Assembly (NCBI GenBank): GCA_963615155.1
Contig: CAVEGP010000001.1
Span: forward strand, 17,437-81,436
Reading direction: 5' to 3'
Length of the DNA: 64,000 bases
Source: Bacteroides uniformis
Lineage (GTDB): Bacteria; Bacillota; Clostridia; Oscillospirales; Ruminococcaceae
The translations under genes and the position numbers were made by a program. The notes under the pieces are model-generated. The model ran no database searches and was not told the DNA's origin. It saw only the letters and a list, made by a program, of their open reading frames with translations. This document shows, one piece after another, positions 18,515 to 26,112 of this stretch (the stretch's first letter is position 1; the number at the start of each line of letters is the position of its first letter).

Positions 18515-21500
18515 AGCTCTTCCTCCTTTTCCTCTTCAGCTTCGAAGGGCTTTGCGGGGGCTTCCAAGACTCTCTCTCCGATGCCTGTTTCGTGGCAGCA
18601 GATGAATCCGTAATCGCACCACTGACACGGGCTTCGCCCTGTCACCAGCGGCTCGGCGGCGATCTGCCCGTCATAAAGCTGCTCCCCCATCCGGGTCACG
18701 AGATCATCCAGATGCAGTTCAATACGGTTCAGCTTGGCGATGTCGGCACGCTTGTCCTTCTGGTAGGGGCTGGGCACACCGTTCCGGAACGAGAAGGGCA
18801 GATATTTCCCCGTCTCATTCGCGTCCATTGCGTCGAACACCCTCGGCTCGTCCACCACCAGACCGTCTATCTTATATTCTACGCTTCGCGCAGCCTTGTC
18901 ACGGCTCGTCGTTTCGGGAGCGGGATCTGCCAGAAGATAGAGCACACCCGCCGGCTCCGCCCCTGTGAAGCGTCCGCTCTTGTCCCGGGTCAGGCTGAAC
19001 AGATACAGGAGCATCTGACAGTCCAGACCGCAGTAGACCTCTTTCAAATCGAGCTTCTTGGAGCCGGTCTTATAGTCCACGACACGCACCCACCTTGTGC
19101 CGTTCTCTTCTACCCATTCGTCCGCACGGTCAACCGTTCCGATGAGCTGGACGGTTCGTCCATCCGACAGACGATAGATCTGCGACGGCACTGCGTCCTC
19201 TCCGCCGCCGATCTTCAGCTCACAGGCGACCGGGCGGAAGCTGCTCTGCCGTTGTTCGTCCCGCAAGTAACGTAGCAGGCTCGTCATGCTCTTTTTCAGG
19301 CGGGAGAGCAGATACGCGAATCGGGCGGTATCCTCGGGCAGGTATTGCCGGGCGTAGGCATCCACCAGCATCGACGCCAGCGTCGCAATAGCATCGTCGT
19401 CCAGCTCCGTGAAAGGCCGCATCATCTGAGCGCAGGGATTTTCCCCGCTGGGGTTTGGGTCGAGTGCCATCTGAAGCACCCAGTGCATCAGCGTGCCGCT
19501 CTGGTCAGCACTCAGCTCGGCGCGGCGGCGGGGCTTCAGCCCCAGCACATACTGTAAGAAATACCCATACCGGCAAGTATAATATTTTTCCATCTGGCTG
19601 GGCGAAATGCGAAGCCGCCGCCCCAGCAGGCTTTCCAGAGCGTCCAGATCGCTGATCCTCTTCGGCGGGTTCTCTGCCATCCGGCGTAAGAGCTTCAAGC
19701 CCTCCGGCTCTCCTCCGTCGGGCGTGCGCAGCGCCTCTGTCAGGCTGGCACGCTCGGTTCCGGTCAGATCCCAGCCGCCACCCAGACAATCCAGACCGTC
19801 TGCGGGAGTCGCCGCAAGATCGGTCAATTCCAGCTCCGGCGGCTGAGGGTCCAATGCGTCCACGATCGGTTCCAGAGCCGCACAGAGGGTCAGTCCCTCT
19901 CCCTTCGGCCAGCTCATCCACAATTCTTTTGCGGGCACAGTCAGTGCCTTATAGAAGCTGACCTGCTCCCGAACAACACGGTTCTCAAAGCAGTCGGGCA
20001 GATCGACCTCGTTCGCCATCAGCGCGTCACGGTCGGCATGGGTCAGCAAACCGCTCTCGCCCGGTGCGGTCGGGAACTCGCCCTCCGCCAGACCCAGCAC
20101 GAACACATAGTCCGGCTCATCCAGACGCATGTTGCCCGCACCGGCAAGAACGACCGCATCCAGGGTCTGCGGGATGTGTCCGAGGTCGGACGAGCGCAGA
20201 AGCAGACCGAACAGATCCTCATATTCGCTCACCGTCACAGTCTGATTTCCCAGAAGCCGCGCCATCTCGTTGAGCAGTTCCATCACAACATTCCACTCAC
20301 GGGCAGCTTCCTCCGCCGCCGGGATCCCCCGCCCGGAACGGATCTTCTCCACCTGCACATTCTGCTGCTCCTCCGCACCCAGCTTCTTCAGACAGAAATA
20401 GATCGCGCGGCTGATCTGCTCCGCATTCGCATTCCGGAGTTTTCCCCGCATTTCGTCCACAGCGTCGATCAGAAGCTTTCGGGCTTTTTCCGCCGCTTCC
20501 TGATTTTTCAGATCCTCTTCCGTCAGCTCCTGTCCGCCGAATCCCTTCGGGCTTTTCTTGAATTCCTCCCGCCATCCGGAGGCTGTCGGCGACCATGTGA
20601 ACGCATAGTTTTCAAGTGCGCAGACCTCCAACTCTTCCAGTTGACAGAGTCCCGTTTTTGCCAGAGCTGTCAATTGCTCCGTCATCTCCGCACCGCGCGC
20701 CAGCGCAAGCAGCGCGCGGACAGCGGCGGCAGGCGCGCTGAATTCCGGCGTAGTCGGCTCATCGCAGTAAAGAGGGATCTCCGCCATCCGGAATTCATAC
20801 CGCACCGCCGCGCGATACTTTGCGATGTCACGGCAGACCACCGCGATTTTTCCGCACCGGACGCCCTGCCGCATCAGGCGGCGGATCGTACCAGCGGCGG
20901 CACGGGCTTCCTCTTCCCTGCTGGGCGCGGCAAAGAGATGGATTTCAGAAGCGGGTGTATCCAACAGCTCGCAGCGTCCTGTTTCCAGAATTTCCGTCAA
21001 CGCCGCAAGTCCGGGGGCGTCCTTGTGCCGGATATCCCTGCGGAGAAGGACAGGCGCAGCGACCTCCGCGCCGTTTTTCCGCGCCAACTGACGAAGCTGT
21101 GCCGCCACCTGCTTTGCGCCGGAAAAGAGGCTCAGATCGCCTGGGATCATCGGCGTGCCGTCGTCGCAGAGCGCGACTGTGACCGTCGGCAGTGCCGCCA
21201 GCATCACGCCCATCAGCCGCTTTTTCGGGGCGTTGAAGGTATCGAACTCGTCGATAAAAACAGCCCGATCCTTCAGGAACGCAGGCAGCTCCCCCCGTGC
21301 GAACGCGTCCTCAAGACGAACCGCCGCCAGCTCAAGACGATCCGCCGGATCCATTCCGGTCTGCGCCAATAAGGTCTCGTAGCCTTTGAAGATCAACGCC
21401 AGCTCCGAAAGCTTGCCGCTCTCCGTGCCGCAGTTCCGGGCAAGCACGGCAAGCTGATCTCCGGACAAGCCTGCGCTTTTCAGTTCGTCGATGGTCTCGG

Positions 21501-21858
21501 ACGCCATCTGGCAGAAAGCCGTGCTCCGGCGGTGGCGGTAGTAGTAATGCACATTGTCCTGCAATTCTTCCAATGCCCGCCGCACCAGAACCGCACGACC
21601 CGCATCGGTCAGGGTCTGGACAGCCTCGCCCCCCTCCGTCGAGAGGATCTTTTCTGCCAGACTCGTGAACGAAAAGCTCTCGACCATTCCCGACAAAGCG
21701 TCGCCCAGTTCACGGTAGATCCGTGCCTCTGTCGCCGAAGTGAACTGCTCCGGCACAAGCAGAATGCTGCGCTGTCCCGCTTCCGCGCGCGCTTTGAGCT
21801 GAGCATACAGCAGAGTCGTCTTGCCGCTGCCGGAGCCTCCTAAAACCAGTTTGAGCAT
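18511..21858 (-). CDS. addB: ATP-dependent helicase/nuclease subunit B (AddB)
   Basis: ORF track start 21906; preferred ATG 21858 preceded by GGGAGGAAGG (MLKLVLGGSGSGKTT...). C-terminal nuclease VVDYKTG and Fe-S Cys cluster C..C.....CC; 4-nt overlap with addA. Confidence 0.9.
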   Translation of the reverse strand: MLKLVLGGSGSGKTTLLYAQLKARAEAGQRSILLVPEQFTSATEARIYRELGDALSGMVESFSFTSLAEKILSTEGGEAVQTLTDAGRAVLVRRALEELQDNVHYYYRHRRSTAFCQMASETIDELKSAGLSGDQLAVLARNCGTESGKLSELALIFKGYETLLAQTGMDPADRLELAAVRLEDAFARGELPAFLKDRAVFIDEFDTFNAPKKRLMGVMLAALPTVTVALCDDGTPMIPGDLSLFSGAKQVAAQLRQLARKNGAEVAAPVLLRRDIRHKDAPGLAALTEILETGRCELLDTPASEIHLFAAPSREEEARAAAGTIRRLMRQGVRCGKIAVVCRDIAKYRAAVRYEFRMAEIPLYCDEPTTPEFSAPAAAVRALLALARGAEMTEQLTALAKTGLCQLEELEVCALENYAFTWSPTASGWREEFKKSPKGFGGQELTEEDLKNQEAAEKARKLLIDAVDEMRGKLRNANAEQISRAIYFCLKKLGAEEQQNVQVEKIRSGRGIPAAEEAAREWNVVMELLNEMARLLGNQTVTVSEYEDLFGLLLRSSDLGHIPQTLDAVVLAGAGNMRLDEPDYVFVLGLAEGEFPTAPGESGLLTHADRDALMANEVDLPDCFENRVVREQVSFYKALTVPAKELWMSWPKGEGLTLCAALEPIVDALDPQPPELELTDLAATPADGLDCLGGGWDLTGTERASLTEALRTPDGGEPEGLKLLRRMAENPPKRISDLDALESLLGRRLRISPSQMEKYYTCRYGYFLQYVLGLKPRRRAELSADQSGTLMHWVLQMALDPNPSGENPCAQMMRPFTELDDDAIATLASMLVDAYARQYLPEDTARFAYLLSRLKKSMTSLLRYLRDEQRQSSFRPVACELKIGGGEDAVPSQIYRLSDGRTVQLIGTVDRADEWVEENGTRWVRVVDYKTGSKKLDLKEVYCGLDCQMLLYLFSLTRDKSGRFTGAEPAGVLYLLADPAPETTSRDKAARSVEYKIDGLVVDEPRVFDAMDANETGKYLPFSFRNGVPSPYQKDKRADIAKLNRIELHLDDLVTRMGEQLYDGQIAAEPLVTGRSPCQWCDYGFICCHETGIGERVLEAPAKPFEAEEEKEEEL

Positions 21859-21961
21859 AGCCTTCCTCCCACAAAAAGATAGCTTTATTGTATCACAAAA
21901 TTGCAAGAAGTTCTATTCTGTGGTAGACTGGGAAAAAACACCCGCACAGAAAGGACATTTC

Positions 21962-22393
21962 ATGAGAATTTTAGCAGTCGATTACGGCGACAGCCGCACA
22001 GGACTTGCCATCTGCGACGACAACGAGACGCTTGCAAGCCCCATCAAGCCCCAGATCACCGAAAAGGTCATGCGGAAGGTCGCCGCGAAAGTCTGCGAAG
22101 CTGCCGTCGAGCACAAAGCGGAGCTTATCGTCGTCGGTCTCCCGCTGAACATGGACGATACCGAAGGAGTCCGTGCCCAGAAAAGCCGGAAGCTGGGCGG
22201 TATTCTCGAGCATTGGAGCAAGCTCCCCGTCCGGATGTGGGATGAGAGGCAGACCACATGCTCTGCCTCTGACCTTCTGGACGAGAGCGGCACCTACGGC
22301 TGGCGGCGGAAGGAGATCCTCGACTCAATGAGCGCGACCGTCCTTCTCGAGGATTATCTCGCATGGCGGCGGGAGCATCCCGGCGAGCTTTAA
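21962..22393 (+). CDS. ruvX: Putative pre-16S rRNA nuclease / Holliday junction resolvase-like RuvX (YqgF)
   Basis: Internal ATG of ORF 21821..22393; MRILAVDYGDSRTGLAICD..., VVGLPLNMDDTEG, DERQTT are YqgF motifs. Confidence 0.9.
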   Translation: MRILAVDYGDSRTGLAICDDNETLASPIKPQITEKVMRKVAAKVCEAAVEHKAELIVVGLPLNMDDTEGVRAQKSRKLGGILEHWSKLPVRMWDERQTTCSASDLLDESGTYGWRRKEILDSMSATVLLEDYLAWRREHPGEL

Positions 22394-22409
22394 GCCGCCT
22401 CCACACAGC

Positions 22410-22446
22410 AAAAAACGAGCGGTTTCATCAAAGCCGCTCGTTTTTT
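22410..22446. terminator. Bidirectional intrinsic terminator between ruvX and the PPIase gene
   Basis: AAAAAA-CGAGCGG-loop-CCGCTCG-TTTTTT. Confidence 0.85.
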
Positions 22447-22451
22447 GCTGT

Positions 22452-23189
22452 TTACTGGTAGGTCGATATCGTCACGCTGTTGATGGTGATGGATTCGACC
22501 GGTTTCTGGTTTTCATCCACCCCCGCCTGTCCGATGGCGTCCACGATCTCCATTCCCTCATAGACCTGACCAAACACAGTATCCGTATAATCGAGGTAGG
22601 GTGCGCCGCCGGCGGTCTGATACGCACTGACGACCTCCGCGCGGTAGGACGCCGCATTCATCTGATCGACCAGTTCCTGTGTGACAGAATCGCCGCCCGG
22701 CAGAGTTTCCATCACATAAAAGACGCTCGCCATCTGTCCGGAAGCATCCGGTGCGGCGCAGAGCGCGCCGGAATAGTGGTGGAGCTTGTCGGTGGCTTCC
22801 ACAGGGTAGCGGTTTCCGTTCCAGATGGTCGTCGCCTTGCCGTCCGTACCCTGCCCCGCTTCGATCAGAAAACCCTTTTCGACCCGTGTCACCGTCAGAC
22901 CATTGTAATACCCCGCCTGCGCCAATCCGATAAAATTATCGCACGCCTGTGGGGCTTCACTTGGGAAAAGCACCGCCTTGAACACACCTGCCGAGGTGTC
23001 GAACACCGCAATGGTGTCCCCTGCTGTCGGGTGAGTGAATTGCAGTTCAGCAGATTCCACCGCCGGACGGGAAACGGACTTTGTCGGCTTACTGACCTTG
23101 CTCGTGAAGAGACTGCATCCCGTCAGCATCGCAAAGCAGCCTGCCGCCAGCAGCATGGCGACTGTCCCGCGAAAAATTTTGTTTGGCAT
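22452..23189 (-). CDS. Cyclophilin-type peptidyl-prolyl cis-trans isomerase, lipoprotein
   Basis: Preferred ATG 23189 after GGGGGAAGG; signal peptide with lipobox LTGC; FDTS.G.F...LF...AP....NF..L...GYYNG cyclophilin motifs. Confidence 0.85.
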   Translation of the reverse strand: MPNKIFRGTVAMLLAAGCFAMLTGCSLFTSKVSKPTKSVSRPAVESAELQFTHPTAGDTIAVFDTSAGVFKAVLFPSEAPQACDNFIGLAQAGYYNGLTVTRVEKGFLIEAGQGTDGKATTIWNGNRYPVEATDKLHHYSGALCAAPDASGQMASVFYVMETLPGGDSVTQELVDQMNAASYRAEVVSAYQTAGGAPYLDYTDTVFGQVYEGMEIVDAIGQAGVDENQKPVESITINSVTISTYQ

Positions 23190-23332
23190 GATCCTTCCCC
23201 CTTGTTCATATCCTGATACTGTCAGACAGTTTCTCAGGTCGGTATACAAAGTTTATTATAGCATATCCCACGCTTCTGTGCGAGAGGAAAATACGTGAAA
23301 AATTATTGTCTCTTTTCTGGCGAAAAAGCATC

Positions 23333-23361
23333 TTGACGAGCGGGCAAAAAAACGCTACACT
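23333..23361 (+). promoter_or_regulatory. Candidate sigma-70 type promoter for the DUF1292 gene
   Basis: TTGACG (23333-23338) - 17 nt - TACACT (23356-23361). Confidence 0.4.
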
Positions 23362-23443
23362 ATAAGCACATCAAGCGGCAGACAAAACCGTCTGGTGCAT
23401 TGAATCGCTATTCTTATTCAAATAAATCAGGAGAACGAGCTTT

Positions 23444-23758
23444 ATGGCTGAAGATATCAAGAATCCGAACACCGAAGAGGAGTATCAGCCCGATTTGATG
23501 ACCCTCGAGGATGAAGATGGCAACGAGGTCACTTTTGAGGTGATCGACGCTCTCGACCATAAGGGTGTGCATTATCTGGCTGTCGTTGAATACGCTGAAA
23601 ATGAGGAGGATCTGGACGAGGACGCCCAGTTGGTCATCCTGAGTGTCGGTGAGGACGATGAGGGCGAGTATCTGGATGTCGTGGAGGACGATGAGACTCT
23701 GCTGGAAGTCAGCAAGCTGTTTGAGAATCGTCTGAGCGATCAGTTCGAGATCGAGTAA
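23444..23758 (+). CDS. DUF1292 (UPF0473) family acidic protein
   Basis: 104-aa ORF, very acidic; L.DEDGNE..FEV.D......HYL......E...D....V.IL pattern; classically linked to ruvX/yrrK. Confidence 0.8.
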   Translation: MAEDIKNPNTEEEYQPDLMTLEDEDGNEVTFEVIDALDHKGVHYLAVVEYAENEEDLDEDAQLVILSVGEDDEGEYLDVVEDDETLLEVSKLFENRLSDQFEIE

Positions 23759-23834
23759 CGCTCGGTCTTCCAAACAAATTACCCGGCAAAACTTCCTGCC
23801 CGGCTCGATTTGTTGCGGTTTATATGATCCTACT

Positions 23835-24049
23835 AATCATTCAACGGGAGTCCGGCGTTCGCCGGTCGATTGCAGACCTCCCCGCCGTGGGCTCGACCCC
23901 GGAGGTTCGATGAGGAAGCGTGAATCCGGAGACAGGACACCCACCTGTCCGTAAGGGTAGGTTTGATTGACCGCAGACGACCGGGCGGGATTTTTATGAA
24001 ATTGCATCCACCGCCGTCCTCTGCAAAGAGGCAGTGTGTGGATTTTTTT
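23835..24049 (+). promoter_or_regulatory. Unclassified structured leader RNA with terminator/antiterminator alternatives (riboswitch-like)
   Basis: GC-rich non-coding tract with multiple hairpins, ending in a terminator (24007-24042 plus T7 at 24043-24049) about 30 nt before the ATG at 24079; mutually exclusive pairings CCCGCC(23881)/GGCGGG(23984)/ATCCACCGCC(24006). Confidence 0.45.
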
Positions 24050-24078
24050 ATATCTTTTGGAAGGATGTGTATTGCGGC

Positions 24079-24696
24079 ATGAAATCCGAACATCTGGTCG
24101 GGACTTCGATCCCGCGCTTCACCTATGACACCCCCACCACACCGGGAAATGATTTCTATGCCTTATGTGAAGGGGAGCGTCCGCTCTGCATGATATTCCT
24201 GCCCGGGTTCGACCACCCTGTGAGTCGGGAATATATCACCCGGTACCTGAAAACATTGCCCTCTCTGCGGGGTGTCCGGCTCGCCTGTGTCGTTCATTCA
24301 TCGGCGCAGAGCGTCGCCGCCGCTACCCATGGGTCGGAATTTCCCTTCCCGCTCATCTGCGACGAGCAGGGCGTCCTGTACAGCTATCTCGGTGTCGAGC
24401 AGAGCAAGGGACTTCTGAACTGGAGTTTTGCCGCCCAGAAGATTTATAAGGCCGCCAAGGACGCAGGCTATCAGTATGACCGCACCGCGCCGCAGATCCT
24501 GCCTTTGACCCTGATCGTCGGCTCGGAGGGAAAGATCCTGTTCACCCACTCCGGTCGCAGTCAGACCGATCTGCCCGAGGATTGCAGCTCCATCTGCGAG
24601 GTTGTCCGTGAAGTGGAAAAGGCTTCCTCCGGTAATTCCTCCGACCCGCATTGCTCCGACGAGACGCTCACTCTGCCCGATCTGGTGGATTGGTAA
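24079..24696 (+). CDS. Thioredoxin-fold, AhpC/TSA (peroxiredoxin)-like protein lacking the peroxidatic Cys
   Basis: Internal ATG of ORF 24034..24696. Layout P.F........F..L..G.P....FLPGFDHPVSREY...L......G....V..S......FPFPL..D..G..Y..LGV resembles AhpC/TSA, but the usual Cys position reads HPVS. Confidence 0.6.
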   Translation: MKSEHLVGTSIPRFTYDTPTTPGNDFYALCEGERPLCMIFLPGFDHPVSREYITRYLKTLPSLRGVRLACVVHSSAQSVAAATHGSEFPFPLICDEQGVLYSYLGVEQSKGLLNWSFAAQKIYKAAKDAGYQYDRTAPQILPLTLIVGSEGKILFTHSGRSQTDLPEDCSSICEVVREVEKASSGNSSDPHCSDETLTLPDLVDW

Positions 24697-24945
24697 CCCT
24701 CTCAGTCTGCTTCGCAGCCAGCTCCCCAAAAAAGGGGGAGCCATTGGCAAGCCGGTCAAGTCTATATACCAAATAAAAAAGTTGCCGGGCCTTGCGGTCT
24801 GGATTTACGGCATCGAACCAGTGAATCCGGACAACAGGGCTCGGCATTTTGTATTACCGAGTGCTTTGCTCAATTGCACAAGCATCTCCGATCTGCCAAA
24901 GGCTCTCCCTCTGGGAGAGCTGGCGCATATGCGCCTGAGAGGGCT
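24695..24945. repeat. Long MITE-like version of the repeat: two inverted units flanking a cargo with a bidirectional terminator
   Basis: Left unit 24695-24748, right unit 24893-24945; 9-bp perfect terminal inverted repeat CCCTCTCAG/CTGAGAGGG. Cargo hairpin GCCGGGCCT...AGGGCTCGGC (24784-24845) has U-rich runs on both strands. Contains the stop codons of both flanking genes. Confidence 0.85.
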
Positions 24946-25141
24946 ACTCCTCGTCGGCAAACAGTCCCGGGATGCCGCAGACCGCCGCCACACCCACCAG
25001 CGTAAAGACGACGCGTGACCAGATGGAGCTGCTGCCGCCCAGAAGCCAGCCGACAAAATCGAACTGAAACAGACCGACCAGCCCCCAGTTGATGCCTCCC
25101 ACGATCATCAAAACCAAGCAAATTTTATAAAAGGTCTGCAC
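24944..25141 (-). CDS. DUF378 family small membrane protein
   Basis: 65-aa ORF; LMIVGGINWGLVGLFQFDFV is the DUF378 signature; two TM helices. Confidence 0.8.
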   Translation of the reverse strand: MQTFYKICLVLMIVGGINWGLVGLFQFDFVGWLLGGSSSIWSRVVFTLVGVAAVCGIPGLFADEE

Positions 25142-25198
25142 AAAAGACCCTCCTTCCTTTGGGGATAGTCTGTCCCATCGGAAGGAGGGTTATTCACA

Positions 25199-26086
25199 TC
25201 AGAGCATTCTGGAGGAAACGACCCGCGCGCCGCCCTTGTCGGGCTGTGCCAGATAGACTTGCGACCACTTCGCTTTCACGGCATCGGCGGCAGAACGCGC
25301 GGACGCTTCATCGGTGAAGATGCCGAACACCGCCGCACCGCTGCCGGTCATCAGAGCGGTGATGGCTCCGTACTCTTTCAGTGCAGTCTTGATGGCTTCA
25401 TTGTCCCGCGCGCCGCTGCACTCTTCCAGCGCATTTCCGGCAGCAGCGCAGATGTCCGTCAACGACTCGGCACGGATCGCTTTTTCCTGCGCCTCACAGT
25501 CCGGATGGACGGAGCTGCCGACCTTATCATAGGCCGCAAACGCCTCCGGAGTCGAAACACCATAATCCGGCATGACGATCGTGAACCAGCAGTCGGGCAT
25601 GGGAGGCAGAGCCTTCATGACATCTCCCACACCCTGCACCCGACAGGTACCTCCCATCAGGGCAAAGGGAACATCCGCCCCGATCTTCGCCCCCAGCGCG
25701 CAAAGCTCACTCATGGACAGCTTCGCGCCGTAGAGCGCGTTCAGACCGACGAGGACTGCGGCGGCATCCGCACTGCCGCCTGCCATCCCCGCACGCACCG
25801 GAACATTCTTATAAATCGTGATATCCACGCCTGCCAGCAGTCCGGTATACTGAAAAAACGCGATCGCCGCTTTGATGGCGGTGTTGCTGTCGTTGGCGGC
25901 GACCGGACTTCCGGGCAGGGTCAGACTCAGACCGCTGCTTCGGCTCAGGATAACTCGCTCATACAGTGAGATTGCCTGCATCGTCATATCAAGGTTGTGA
26001 TAACCGTTCGGAAGCAGTCCGACCACATCCAGCGCAAGGTTCAGCTTGGCCGGAGCAAGGACCGTCACGCGATTCAGTTTTGCCAT
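25199..26086 (-). CDS. ispE: 4-diphosphocytidyl-2-C-methyl-D-erythritol kinase
   Basis: Preferred ATG 26086 after GAGGAGGAG; APAKLNLALDV, GMAGGSADAAA GHMP-kinase motifs. Confidence 0.9.
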   Translation of the reverse strand: MAKLNRVTVLAPAKLNLALDVVGLLPNGYHNLDMTMQAISLYERVILSRSSGLSLTLPGSPVAANDSNTAIKAAIAFFQYTGLLAGVDITIYKNVPVRAGMAGGSADAAAVLVGLNALYGAKLSMSELCALGAKIGADVPFALMGGTCRVQGVGDVMKALPPMPDCWFTIVMPDYGVSTPEAFAAYDKVGSSVHPDCEAQEKAIRAESLTDICAAAGNALEECSGARDNEAIKTALKEYGAITALMTGSGAAVFGIFTDEASARSAADAVKAKWSQVYLAQPDKGGARVVSSRML

Positions 26087-26112
26087 CGGGAAGTCTCCTC
26101 CTCTTTTCGCCC

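Noticed and set aside
21859-21906. Extended N-termini from the ORF track for addB. The same applies to ispE 26087-26116, ftsZ 38728-38811, rplK 57331-57411, the PPIase 23190-23249, the membrane protein 54501-54641 and the PBP 41474-41515
   Set aside because: In each case an internal ATG is preceded by a strong GGAGG-type SD at 5-9 nt, and the shorter product begins at the conserved family N-terminus. The extensions have no SD and run into promoter or leader sequence.
23760-24060. Assignment of the leader to SRP RNA, 6S RNA, tmRNA, RNase P RNA or a tRNA
   Set aside because: The conserved cores are absent on both strands: SRP GGAAGCAGC helix 8, tmRNA tRNA-like end and tag ORF, RNase P GGAAAGTCC P4 context, and tRNA cloverleaf with T-loop. 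The size and the terminator just before a start codon fit a cis-acting leader better.
23833-24093. 86-aa minus-strand ORF across the structured leader region
   Set aside because: It has no SD and atypical composition, and it overlaps the terminator and the start of the plus-strand gene. The region is better explained as non-coding RNA structure.
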